This document shows positions 38,728-47,105 of a DNA stretch of 64,000 nucleotides, one piece after another (the stretch's first letter is position 1; the number at the start of each line of letters is the position of its first letter). The DNA comes from an uncultured Clostridia bacterium. GTDB lineage: Bacteria; Bacillota; Clostridia; Christensenellales; CAG-138. The position numbers and the translations under genes were made by a program. The stretch is from the NCBI GenBank assembly GCA_947166925.1, contig CAMVGD010000001.1, positions 41,574-105,573 on the forward strand, given 5' to 3'. The notes beneath the pieces were generated by a model. That model had not been told where the DNA came from and ran no database searches. It was given only the letters and a program-made list of their open reading frames with translations.

Positions 38728-39090
38728 GGCTATGCGCCGCAGACGATCCGGCGGGGGACGAGTTCTTCCGCACGGGCGAGAAGGGCGTCCATGCGAAAAA
38801 AACTTCCGGCGGGTTCCAGACTTTCAGACGCTCGGTGACGCCTTCCGACGGCGCTGTTCGGGGGACCGCGGATTCGATCTGCTCCCTTGCCGTGCGGTCG
38901 ATCTCTGAAAAGGCATAAAACCGTTTCCCCGGGCAAAGCCGGAGACTGACGGCGCCGGTCCGGCTTCAAGGGGGGTGCTCTGAACGCGCGGATACTTCCG
39001 GACAAACAGAATGGGAAAAGTGCAAAGCGGGACAGGAAAATGTGCGAAACCGTATCCTGCGGATCCCGGAAAGACAGTACAAATGAAAAA
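38728..39090 (-). pseudogene. Degraded tnpV homolog (at least two frameshifts)
   Basis: Minus-strand pieces lie in different frames: RKYPRVQSTPLE / PGKRFYAFSEIDRTAREQIESAV...EGVTERLK / RMDALLARAEELVPRRIVCGA*. They align in order with the intact TnpV (GKYGRMRKHYLEE / DKLTEHLLDVDRTAWEQLESTV...EGVTEALK / RMNNLRARAEEIVIREVVYGE*). The nucleotide similarity to 600-720 is visible directly. Confidence 0.55.
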
Positions 39091-39381
39091 AGCTATTATT
39101 GCAGCAAACGAAAAAAGCGGGACCGGAATACGCCGGGCTGCCGCCGTACCCTGCGGCATAAAGTCTGATTTCGGGTCTCAGCTGAATATGAAAAGGGATA
39201 CGATCGTCGCCGAAACGGGTTCGCATTTTTCTGGATTTTAGGGAAAGGACGGCTGTTTATTTGGACATTCTTTGGACATGCTTTGCTATAATAAAATGTT
39301 GAAAAATATATTTTTGCATGTTGCCGGTCCGAACGATTGACGGCGGCAAGGAAACAATTCAATTGACAGGAGGAAAAAACA

Positions 39382-40419
39382 ATGTTCTCATTCAAAGGAC
39401 CCGGATTGAAAATCTTCGCGGCGATCCTTGCCGTGATCGTGCTCGGCGTCGGCGTTTATTTCACGTTCTTCCGGTCGAAGGGCTATGAAAAGACCGAAGC
39501 GACCATCGTTTCCATCGAAAACGACCCGGATTACATCCCCGATCCGGACACCGAAAACGACGCCGGACGGATCGTGACCGTGAAGTACACGGTCGACGGC
39601 AAGGAATATACGGCGCAGCTCGATTCCGACAGCCCGTCTTACGAGGTGGGGAAGACGGTTCATATTCAGTATGATCCGCAGAACCCCGCAAAGATCACGT
39701 CCTCGAAGGGCTTCGGCATCTATTTCATGATCGCGGGCGCGGTCATCCTGCTTCTGGTGGTCGGACTGACGGTCAAAAAGAAGCTCGACGTCAAGAAGCT
39801 CAAGGAAACGCAGGGCGAGACCGTCTATGCGCCGTCCGAGCAGGGCGAGGAGCGCGAGCTGTACTTCTTGACCGACCTCGGCACGCCGAAGTACGGTCAT
39901 CGCATCGAGGACAAGGACCGCAACGTCCTCTACGAGGCGAAGATGACGAAGTTCACGCTGGCGGGTCCGTTCGGCTTCGACTTCATCGACTATGAGCACG
40001 GCACGACCAGGGCGCACCTCGTCGGACATCAGGAGGAGACCGACTGGAATTCCTTCCTGCTCGACAACCACTACACCTTCTCGCTGGACGGCGAGGACAT
40101 CTGGAAGCATCTGAAGCGGAACGGCGTCAAGGTGGAATCCCGCTTTGCGCAGGGCAAGGTCCTGTTCCCGTCCTACACGGTTTCGAGAGACGGCGCGGAG
40201 ATCGGCTATATCGAGGCTTCGAGCCAGTACGTCCATGAGGAGGACGCGGAGGAGCATACGGTCGCGAACAAGGTCCCGGTTGCGGGATTCTATCGCATCT
40301 TCACGAGTGAAAAGAACCTCGACCTGCTGTTCGTCGTCGCGCTTGCATTCGCGCGCAGCGGCGCTACGGACGACAAGGGCGGTTCCCGCAAGATCGTCTT
40401 CAACACCCTGAAGGGCTGA
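39382..40419 (+). CDS. Membrane protein with a DUF3592-like N-terminal module and an uncharacterised C-terminal domain of about 200 aa
   Basis: GGAGG-type RBS. The layout is TM, then a beta-rich segment (ATIVSIEND...VTVKYTVDGKEYTA...YEVGKTVHIQYDPQNP), then a second TM, which is typical of DUF3592. The C-terminal fold is not assignable by eye. Confidence 0.6.
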   Translation: MFSFKGPGLKIFAAILAVIVLGVGVYFTFFRSKGYEKTEATIVSIENDPDYIPDPDTENDAGRIVTVKYTVDGKEYTAQLDSDSPSYEVGKTVHIQYDPQNPAKITSSKGFGIYFMIAGAVILLLVVGLTVKKKLDVKKLKETQGETVYAPSEQGEERELYFLTDLGTPKYGHRIEDKDRNVLYEAKMTKFTLAGPFGFDFIDYEHGTTRAHLVGHQEETDWNSFLLDNHYTFSLDGEDIWKHLKRNGVKVESRFAQGKVLFPSYTVSRDGAEIGYIEASSQYVHEEDAEEHTVANKVPVAGFYRIFTSEKNLDLLFVVALAFARSGATDDKGGSRKIVFNTLKG

Positions 40420-40479
40420 GATCCCGTAAATCGTACGGAACTTTCCGAAATACAGCAAAGACAAGGATCAGGAGGCATT

Positions 40480-41445
40480 ATGGACAACAAACAAATCTAC
40501 AGAAAGACGCTCGGATTCTCCCTGCGCCGCGTGCTCTGGGATATCATTTCGGTCGCGCTGCTTTTAGGCGCGGGAACGCTCGGCTATTTCCTCGGCGAAA
40601 AATACGCGCAAAACGGACCGATCGGTCTGCTGATCGGCGGCGTGATCGGCATCGTTGCGCTGGTCCTCATTACGCGGTTCATTTCGTATGCGCTGAAAGC
40701 CGGACAGATCGCCATGATGACCCGCGGCGTTTCCGAAGGCGAGCTGCCCGACGACGTTATCAAAGAGGGCAAGAAGGTCGTCAAGGAGCGCTTCGCGACC
40801 GTTGCGGCGTTCTTCGCGATCACCGGCGTGATCCGCGGGATCTTCAACCAGATCGGCCGCGGCGTCACGAAGCTCGGCGAAAGCATCGGCGGCGATACCG
40901 GCGGCGCGATCGGCGGCGCAGTGAGCTCCGTCATGCAGACGATCGTCAATTATCTTTGCGACTGCTGCCTCGGCTGGGTCTTCTACCGCAAGGAGGTCAA
41001 GCCCGCGCGGGCGGCGTGCGAAGGCGCGGTGCTGTTCTTCAAGCACGGCAAGACGTTTGCAAAGAACATGGGCCGCGTGTTCGGCATAGGCTTTGCTTCT
41101 CTGCTCGGGATCGGCGGCGTATCCGGCGTCATTTCGTACCTGATCCTGAAGGGGCAGACGTTCTATCAGCCGCTTGCGGCGTGGATGACGGAAAACCTTA
41201 CCGATACGTCGAACTGGCTCGGTCAGATCCTCAGCAATCCCAAAACGCTGCCCATCGCTTTCGCGGCGCTCATCGGGATCATCGTGTGGGCGATCATCCA
41301 CTCGGTATTTATCAAGCCGTTCGTGCTGGTCGGCGTGCTGAGAAACTACATCGAATCCGGCAAGAACGATATCCCGTCGGAGGAGAGCTTCCGGATGCTC
41401 GATTCCAAGTCTCCGAAGTTCCGCAAGCTCCATCAGCAGATGTAA
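40480..41445 (+). CDS. Hypothetical polytopic membrane protein
   Basis: AGGAGG RBS, several hydrophobic helices and Gly-rich loops (GGDTGGAIGGAV). I recognised no family. Confidence 0.55.
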   Translation: MDNKQIYRKTLGFSLRRVLWDIISVALLLGAGTLGYFLGEKYAQNGPIGLLIGGVIGIVALVLITRFISYALKAGQIAMMTRGVSEGELPDDVIKEGKKVVKERFATVAAFFAITGVIRGIFNQIGRGVTKLGESIGGDTGGAIGGAVSSVMQTIVNYLCDCCLGWVFYRKEVKPARAACEGAVLFFKHGKTFAKNMGRVFGIGFASLLGIGGVSGVISYLILKGQTFYQPLAAWMTENLTDTSNWLGQILSNPKTLPIAFAALIGIIVWAIIHSVFIKPFVLVGVLRNYIESGKNDIPSEESFRMLDSKSPKFRKLHQQM

Positions 41446-41480
41446 CGGACGCGGGTACGATCCGAGAGGTGTTTACCGTT

Positions 41481-41900
41481 ATGAATAAAAGATCTGTCGC
41501 TGCAATCGTTCTTGCCGCCGTCGCGCTGTGCCTGTCGGTCGCGGGACTGATCGTTGCGCTGCTGCCGAAGCAGGCAGCGGGGGACGTGCAGTACGTCATG
41601 TATCTCGGTACGAACGATAAGGATACGAACGAGCCGGTGTTCACGCCGGACGAAGCCAAAACGAAAGCGGAGGAGATCCTGCTCAAGCATGTCGGCGGCT
41701 GGACGATCCAGGAGGCGAACGGCGGCTGGGCAGACGGAGAGATGCTCTATCGCGAATACACGATCGTGATCTATCTGAGCGACACGAGCGCGGAAGCCGT
41801 TCACGCCGCTGCGGACGACCTGATCGCGGCGTTTCATCAGAGCTCCGTTCTGATCCAGAAAAACGTGACCGCGACCGAGTTCTATTACGGCAGACCGTAA
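41481..41900 (+). CDS. Small membrane-anchored or secreted protein (tentatively DUF3574-like)
   Basis: In-frame ATG at 41481 within track ORF 40956-41900. It has an N-terminal signal/anchor (VAAIVLAAVALCLSVAGLIVALL) followed by YLGTNDKD...GGWTIQEANGGW...EYTIVIYL. Confidence 0.5.
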   Translation: MNKRSVAAIVLAAVALCLSVAGLIVALLPKQAAGDVQYVMYLGTNDKDTNEPVFTPDEAKTKAEEILLKHVGGWTIQEANGGWADGEMLYREYTIVIYLSDTSAEAVHAAADDLIAAFHQSSVLIQKNVTATEFYYGRP

Positions 41901-41920
41901 GCGGTCCGACCGAAGCATAT

Positions 41921-41960
41921 CCGGCGCCGCGCGTTTTGCGGCGCCGGTATCCGGGTTTTC
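41921..41960 (+). terminator. Possible terminator (GC hairpin with a weak T tract)
   Basis: ccggcgccg (41921-41929) pairs with cggcgccgg (41939-41947), followed by tatccgggttttc. Confidence 0.4.
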
Positions 41961-42015
41961 ACGGACCGGAACGAATCATCAGATAACCCATAGCGGGAGA
42001 AAAAGGAGCAAAGCA

Positions 42016-42312
42016 ATGACGATTCAAAAAACCCAAAATGAAAAGGCGCTGACGATCGCCCTTGAAGGGCGGCTGGATACCTTGACCGCGCCGGAGCTGG
42101 AGGCGGTGCTGAACGACGCGCTTGCGGACGCGGAGGAGCTGACCTTCGATTTTGAGAAGCTCGATTACATCTCCTCGGCAGGTCTTCGCGTGCTGCTTGC
42201 GGCGCAGAAGACGATGAACCGGCAGGGGACCATGAAGGTGATCCATACGAACGAAATGATCCGGGAGATCTTCGAGGTCACCGGTTTTTCGGACATTCTG
42301 ACCGTCGAATGA
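42016..42312 (+). CDS. STAS-domain protein (second copy)
   Basis: 98 aa with FDFEKLDYISSAGLRVLL. Same length class and motif as 29145-29438. Confidence 0.85.
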   Translation: MTIQKTQNEKALTIALEGRLDTLTAPELEAVLNDALADAEELTFDFEKLDYISSAGLRVLLAAQKTMNRQGTMKVIHTNEMIREIFEVTGFSDILTVE

Positions 42313-42343
42313 CCGTTGCCCGGAAAAGGATAAAAAGTATTCC

Positions 42344-44380
42344 ATGAAGTGGCTGCGTCAACACATTACCGTCAAGAGCATAGCCGGCATCGTGCTGCTG
42401 CTGGTGCTGTTTTCCGTGGTCGTCGGCATCATCGGCTATCGGACCTTTACCGACGCGCTGCTGAATCAGTACGCAGAGGGCGCTTTTCTGACGGCGCAGA
42501 CGGCTGCTGAGCTCGTTGACGCCGATCAAATAGACGAATACGCCCAAAGCGGCGGCGTTACCCCTGCATACACGGAGGTCTGGGATCGGCTGGACCGTTT
42601 GTGCAACACCTCCGGGTCCACCTTCATCTATGTGATCGTGCCCGACCGGTCGGATTATCGGCATATCACCTTTCTCTTTTCCACCATCGACCACGACAGT
42701 TCATATACAAAGTACGAGTTCGGCTTCGTGCGGGACACCACCAACGACGAGTACCGCGAGAAATATCGCGCGCTCTACGAGCTGGAAGCGGACCGGGAAC
42801 TGGTGATCCGGGACAAGGGCAACATCGAGACCGATTCGCACATCACCGCCATGATCGGGCTTCCGGGGTCCGACGGCAGCGTGAAGGGGATCCTCTGCGT
42901 GCAGCGGCAGATGGACATCCTCGCCGGCGTACGCAGCACCTTCCTCAACAAGATCGCGCTTGCCGTCGTGACGCTGGTGCTGCTCGTGATCCTGGGACAG
43001 AGCTTATACCTGCATCGGGTGCTGCTGCATCCCGTCAACCTGATCACGGAGGAGGCGGCGCGGTTCTCCCGGGAGAATACGGCGTCCGTGCAGAAGCTGC
43101 AGAACGCCATCCGCAACAAGGACGAGATCGGGCAGCTGGCAAAGTCCATCGACACGATGGAGGAACAGATCGAGACCTACATCTCGGATATCACGCAGAT
43201 CACCGCCGAGCGGGAACGCATCAGCACGGAGCTGTCTCTCGCGACCCGCATTCAGGCGGCGTTCATCCCGCATCTGTTCCCGCCTTTCCCCGACCGACCG
43301 GAGTTCGCGCTTTACGCGTCCATGGATCCCGCCAAGGAAGTGGGCGGCGATTTCTTCGATTTCTTCCTGATCGACGAGGACCATCTGGGACTGGTCATCG
43401 CCGACGTGTCCGGAAAGGGCGTGCCGGCGGCGCTGTTCATGATGGCCTCCAAGATCATCCTGCAGAGCTGCGCCATGCTGGGGCACGGCCCGGCGGCGAC
43501 CCTGACCAAGACCAACGAGGCGATCTGCTCCAACAACCAGGAACAGATGTTCGTCACCGTATGGCTGGGGATCTTAGAGATCTCCACCGGCAGGCTCACT
43601 GCGGCAAACGCGGGGCACGAATACCCGGTGATCAAGGAGCCGGACGGCGACTTTGCCCTGCTGAAGGATAAGCACGGTCTTGTGATCGGCGGCATGAGCG
43701 GCGTCCGGTATCGGGAGTATGAGGTACAGCTGACGCCGGGAGCAAAGATCTTCGTCTATACGGACGGCGTGCCCGAAGCGAGCAACGCGGAAAACGAGCT
43801 CTTCGGTTCCGAACGCATGGTCGCCGCGCTGAACGACGCCAAGGACGAAGCGCCGGAGGCGATCCTGCGCAGCGTGCGCCGGGCGGTGGACGGCTTTGTG
43901 CAGGAGGCGGAGCAGTTCGACGACCTCACCATGCTCTGTCTTGAATATAAGGGTCCAAAGGCGGCGGCGCCCGTGAAGGAGCTGACCGTGGAAGCCACGG
44001 TCGAAAACATCTCCGCTGTGGCCGGGTTCGTCGAAGCGGAGCTGGACGCGGTCGACTGCCCGCCGAAGGCCAAGATGCAGATCGGCGTGGCGATCGACGA
44101 GATCATGGCGAACATCGCCCAATACGCCTACGCGCCGGGGACCGGTCCAGTAACCGTTCGGTTCGGATACGAGCAGGCGTCAAAAACGGCGACCCTGACC
44201 TTCCTGGACAAGGGCATGCCCTATAACCCTCTGGAAAAGAAAGACCCGGACGTGACCCTTTCCGCAGAGGACAGACCGATCGGAGGGCTGGGCATCTTTC
44301 TGGTGAAGAAGACCATGGACAGCATGGACTATGCATACAAGTTCGGACAAAACGTCCTGACGATACAGAAAAAGCTATAA
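42344..44380 (+). CDS. Membrane sensor-HAMP-PP2C phosphatase fused to an RsbW-like ATPase/kinase domain (second copy)
   Basis: Same architecture as 29435-31384: AKEVGGDFFDFF...ADVSGKGVPAALFM...NAGHEYP...VYTDGVPEA. C-terminal IDEIMANIAQYA, LDKGMPYNP and IGGLGIFLV. Confidence 0.85.
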   Translation: MKWLRQHITVKSIAGIVLLLVLFSVVVGIIGYRTFTDALLNQYAEGAFLTAQTAAELVDADQIDEYAQSGGVTPAYTEVWDRLDRLCNTSGSTFIYVIVPDRSDYRHITFLFSTIDHDSSYTKYEFGFVRDTTNDEYREKYRALYELEADRELVIRDKGNIETDSHITAMIGLPGSDGSVKGILCVQRQMDILAGVRSTFLNKIALAVVTLVLLVILGQSLYLHRVLLHPVNLITEEAARFSRENTASVQKLQNAIRNKDEIGQLAKSIDTMEEQIETYISDITQITAERERISTELSLATRIQAAFIPHLFPPFPDRPEFALYASMDPAKEVGGDFFDFFLIDEDHLGLVIADVSGKGVPAALFMMASKIILQSCAMLGHGPAATLTKTNEAICSNNQEQMFVTVWLGILEISTGRLTAANAGHEYPVIKEPDGDFALLKDKHGLVIGGMSGVRYREYEVQLTPGAKIFVYTDGVPEASNAENELFGSERMVAALNDAKDEAPEAILRSVRRAVDGFVQEAEQFDDLTMLCLEYKGPKAAAPVKELTVEATVENISAVAGFVEAELDAVDCPPKAKMQIGVAIDEIMANIAQYAYAPGTGPVTVRFGYEQASKTATLTFLDKGMPYNPLEKKDPDVTLSAEDRPIGGLGIFLVKKTMDSMDYAYKFGQNVLTIQKKL

Positions 44381-44395
44381 AAGGAGATTCCGAAA

Positions 44396-45076
44396 ATGAA
44401 GAAATTACTGACTGTTTTACTGATCGCCCTGCTGATCCTCAGCGCTGCGGCCTGCACTAAGAAGAATGAATCCGACGCTCCGGCGTCTTCCTCGGTCGAT
44501 CCGACCCAGTGGAAGACTCTGGGCGACGTCTGGGAGTATGAATTCTGGGGCTCCGTCGTCGAGGAAGGCACGTATATCCGGGCCTTCAAAGCGGAAGACG
44601 GATACTACCGCGTGGAGGCGGACGTCACGGAGGACGTGACGGAGAAGCTGGACGCCATCGACTTTTTCGACAAGACAGGGGAGGAGCAGGAAAAAGCGCT
44701 GATGAAGGATCTGCCCATCAAAACGATCATCAACCTTTCCGAGGTCCTGCTTTCTCAGAGCGATCTCGACACATTGGCGGGCAAGACCGGTCAGGAGCTT
44801 TTGGATATGGGCTTCGTGCCGCAGGGCAGCAAGGGCTTCAGCACGCAGGAGCAGCTCTCCTGGGCAACTTTGGAGAAGGGACCGTTCGTATATGAGGTTA
44901 CCTTCCAGGAATACGTGGACGTCGACGACGATCCCAACGTGGCGGCGGTCATCCGGCCGCTGACCGTGAAGAGCGTGACCTTTTCCGGCGTTTCCCAGTA
45001 CGCGACGGAAAAAGCGTTCGATATCAACGGCGGCAAATCGCTGGCGGACTATGAAGCAATGTTCAACGGGGACTGA
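44396..45076 (+). CDS. Hypothetical lipoprotein
   Basis: Signal peptide with lipobox LSAAACTK. It starts 15 nt after the previous gene, with a GGAG RBS. Confidence 0.65.
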   Translation: MKKLLTVLLIALLILSAAACTKKNESDAPASSSVDPTQWKTLGDVWEYEFWGSVVEEGTYIRAFKAEDGYYRVEADVTEDVTEKLDAIDFFDKTGEEQEKALMKDLPIKTIINLSEVLLSQSDLDTLAGKTGQELLDMGFVPQGSKGFSTQEQLSWATLEKGPFVYEVTFQEYVDVDDDPNVAAVIRPLTVKSVTFSGVSQYATEKAFDINGGKSLADYEAMFNGD

Positions 45077-45134
45077 TCCAAAATCTTAAACCATACCGTC
45101 GGCAGTGCGCTGCGGGCGGGGGACGGAAAGCGAC

Positions 45135-47042
45135 ATGAAGATAACGAAAGCGAAAAGAACAGGACTGCTGATCCTTGCCGCCGTGCTGGCGGTCTGCTGG
45201 ATCGGCTGCAATCGGGGGAGCCGGCAGGAGACGGCTGCGTCAGCCACTTCTTCCGCGTCTCCGACCGTTCCGGAACAGTCCCCGTCGGCAAAGGCGGAAC
45301 CGACCTCCGTTCCGGAACCTGCCGTCACGGCGGAACCGGCGGGACCGGATTACGGCGATCCCGGCTCGTGGGCGTACTTTGCCGAGGGCGAGGACAAGGA
45401 CGCGGACGTGTTCCTCATCTGCCCGTTGGTGGACACCCGGAGCGAGCGGAATGCTTACGATCTCAACGACAAGCTCAAGGAACGATTTGTCAACGCTCTG
45501 GATATGGAGAAAGGTATCTACGAGGATGTGGGGAGGCTCTATTCCCCCTTCTACCGGCAGATGTCCATGAACGCTTATCGGCTGCCCGAGCCCGAACGCG
45601 AAATGACCAGGGCGGTGGCATATGCCGATATTTCCGCCGCATTCCGCTGGTATCTCGATCATGAGAACAACGGCAGACCGCTGATCCTTGCCGGCTTTTC
45701 CCAGGGCGCCGAGATGTGTCTCGAGCTTATGAAGGAGTTCTTCGGGGATACGCCGGAGGGCGGCGCTTTGCGGGAGCGGCTGATCACCGTTTACGCCATC
45801 GGTTGGCGTGTGACGGAGGAGGATACCCGCGCCTATCCGCAGATCGTGCCCGCGCAGGGAGAAAAGGATCTCGGCACGGTGGTGAGCTTCGACTGCGAGG
45901 ACGGTTCTCTTCAGGAGACCATCATCATTCCGGCAGGCGTCAGGACCCTGTCCGTCAATCCGCTGAACTGGAGGACGGACGGCACCCCGGCGGATTGCTC
46001 TTTGAATCTCGGCGCGGTCATGAGCACGGGCGCGGAGCCCGTTCCCGGTCTGTGCGGCGCATACATCGGCGACCGGGGAGAGCTCGTGGTGACGGACGTG
46101 GAGGCGGGGGACTATCCTCCGGGACTGGATCTGTTCCCGACAGGCGCATACCACGTCTATGATTATCTGTTCTTCTTTACAAACCTGAAACAGAACATCG
46201 CCGATCGCGCAGCCGCCTATTTCGAGGCGCAGCGCGGCGCATGTCTGGGACAGCTTTTGCAGGACCTTTTGACGGCACGCGAAACGCCGAACGCCGATGA
46301 CGCGCAAAGGATCGATGCGGATCTTGCCGCGGTCAAAGCGGCCGCCGAGGCGGATTATCCCGTGGCAAAGGCGATCGCGGATCACTGGCGGCAGGTGTAC
46401 CTCGATCCGGCGTATACCCTATGCTGCCACGGCGAAGGAAAGCTGGCGCCGGAGCTTGACGGCGCAGGCATTCCCGACGAACGCACGCACGCGTTCGTGG
46501 TCCTGGGCTATGAGCTTCAGAACGGGGAGATGACGGACGAGCTCAGGGGACGCTGCGAAGCGGCGGCCGCGGCAGCCAGATCCTTCCCGAATACGATCCT
46601 CGTCTGCTCCGGCGGCGCGACCGGACCCAACAATCCGGACGGGCATACCGAAGCAGGGCTTATGAAGCAGTATCTTACGGAGGTATGCGGCATCGACGCC
46701 GACCGGATCTTTACGGACGAGCGGGCGTTGACCACGGCGGAGAACGCCGTCAACACCTTCGCCATTCTGAAGGAGCAGGGGGTCGAGACCATGACCATCG
46801 TGACCTCCTCCTACCATCAGCGGTGGGGGCAGGCTTTGTACAACGCACTGGCGGCGATCTATGAGCAGCAGTACGGCTACCATGCCCGGCTGATCGGCAA
46901 CTATTGCTTCGACACCGAGCCTTCCGTGGACGCCTTTTTGCACGACGACTGGTTCGCCGTCTATCAGCTGGGAGAGATCCTGAACCTCCCCGGCGAGCAG
47001 ATGAACCGGTTCCGCGACGTATACGCCCTTCTCGGACAGTGA
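45135..47042 (+). CDS. Secreted or lipoprotein fusion of a DUF3089 (alpha/beta-hydrolase-like) domain and a DUF218/YdcF-like domain
   Basis: ATG 45135 (MKITKAKRTGLLILAAVLAVCWIGC). DUF3089-like WAYFAEGEDKDADVFLICPLVD...YSPFYRQ...GFSQGAEM. C-terminal VVLGYEL...VCSGGATGP...TEAGLMKQYL...TTAENA...IVTSSYHQRW. Confidence 0.65.
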   Translation: MKITKAKRTGLLILAAVLAVCWIGCNRGSRQETAASATSSASPTVPEQSPSAKAEPTSVPEPAVTAEPAGPDYGDPGSWAYFAEGEDKDADVFLICPLVDTRSERNAYDLNDKLKERFVNALDMEKGIYEDVGRLYSPFYRQMSMNAYRLPEPEREMTRAVAYADISAAFRWYLDHENNGRPLILAGFSQGAEMCLELMKEFFGDTPEGGALRERLITVYAIGWRVTEEDTRAYPQIVPAQGEKDLGTVVSFDCEDGSLQETIIIPAGVRTLSVNPLNWRTDGTPADCSLNLGAVMSTGAEPVPGLCGAYIGDRGELVVTDVEAGDYPPGLDLFPTGAYHVYDYLFFFTNLKQNIADRAAAYFEAQRGACLGQLLQDLLTARETPNADDAQRIDADLAAVKAAAEADYPVAKAIADHWRQVYLDPAYTLCCHGEGKLAPELDGAGIPDERTHAFVVLGYELQNGEMTDELRGRCEAAAAAARSFPNTILVCSGGATGPNNPDGHTEAGLMKQYLTEVCGIDADRIFTDERALTTAENAVNTFAILKEQGVETMTIVTSSYHQRWGQALYNALAAIYEQQYGYHARLIGNYCFDTEPSVDAFLHDDWFAVYQLGEILNLPGEQMNRFRDVYALLGQ

Positions 47043-47105
47043 TCCGCTTTCCGCAGGATCGCACAGAACAGACACGACCATCAGTTCACAAAGGAGACCG
47101 AACCC

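Noticed and set aside
39011-39241. A 76-aa plus-strand ORF, with an internal MKKAIIAANEK... start, in the NRPS-downstream gap.
   Set aside because: It overlaps the tnpV relic on the opposite strand. It has a weak RBS, an Arg/Gly/Ala-biased composition and no recognisable motif.
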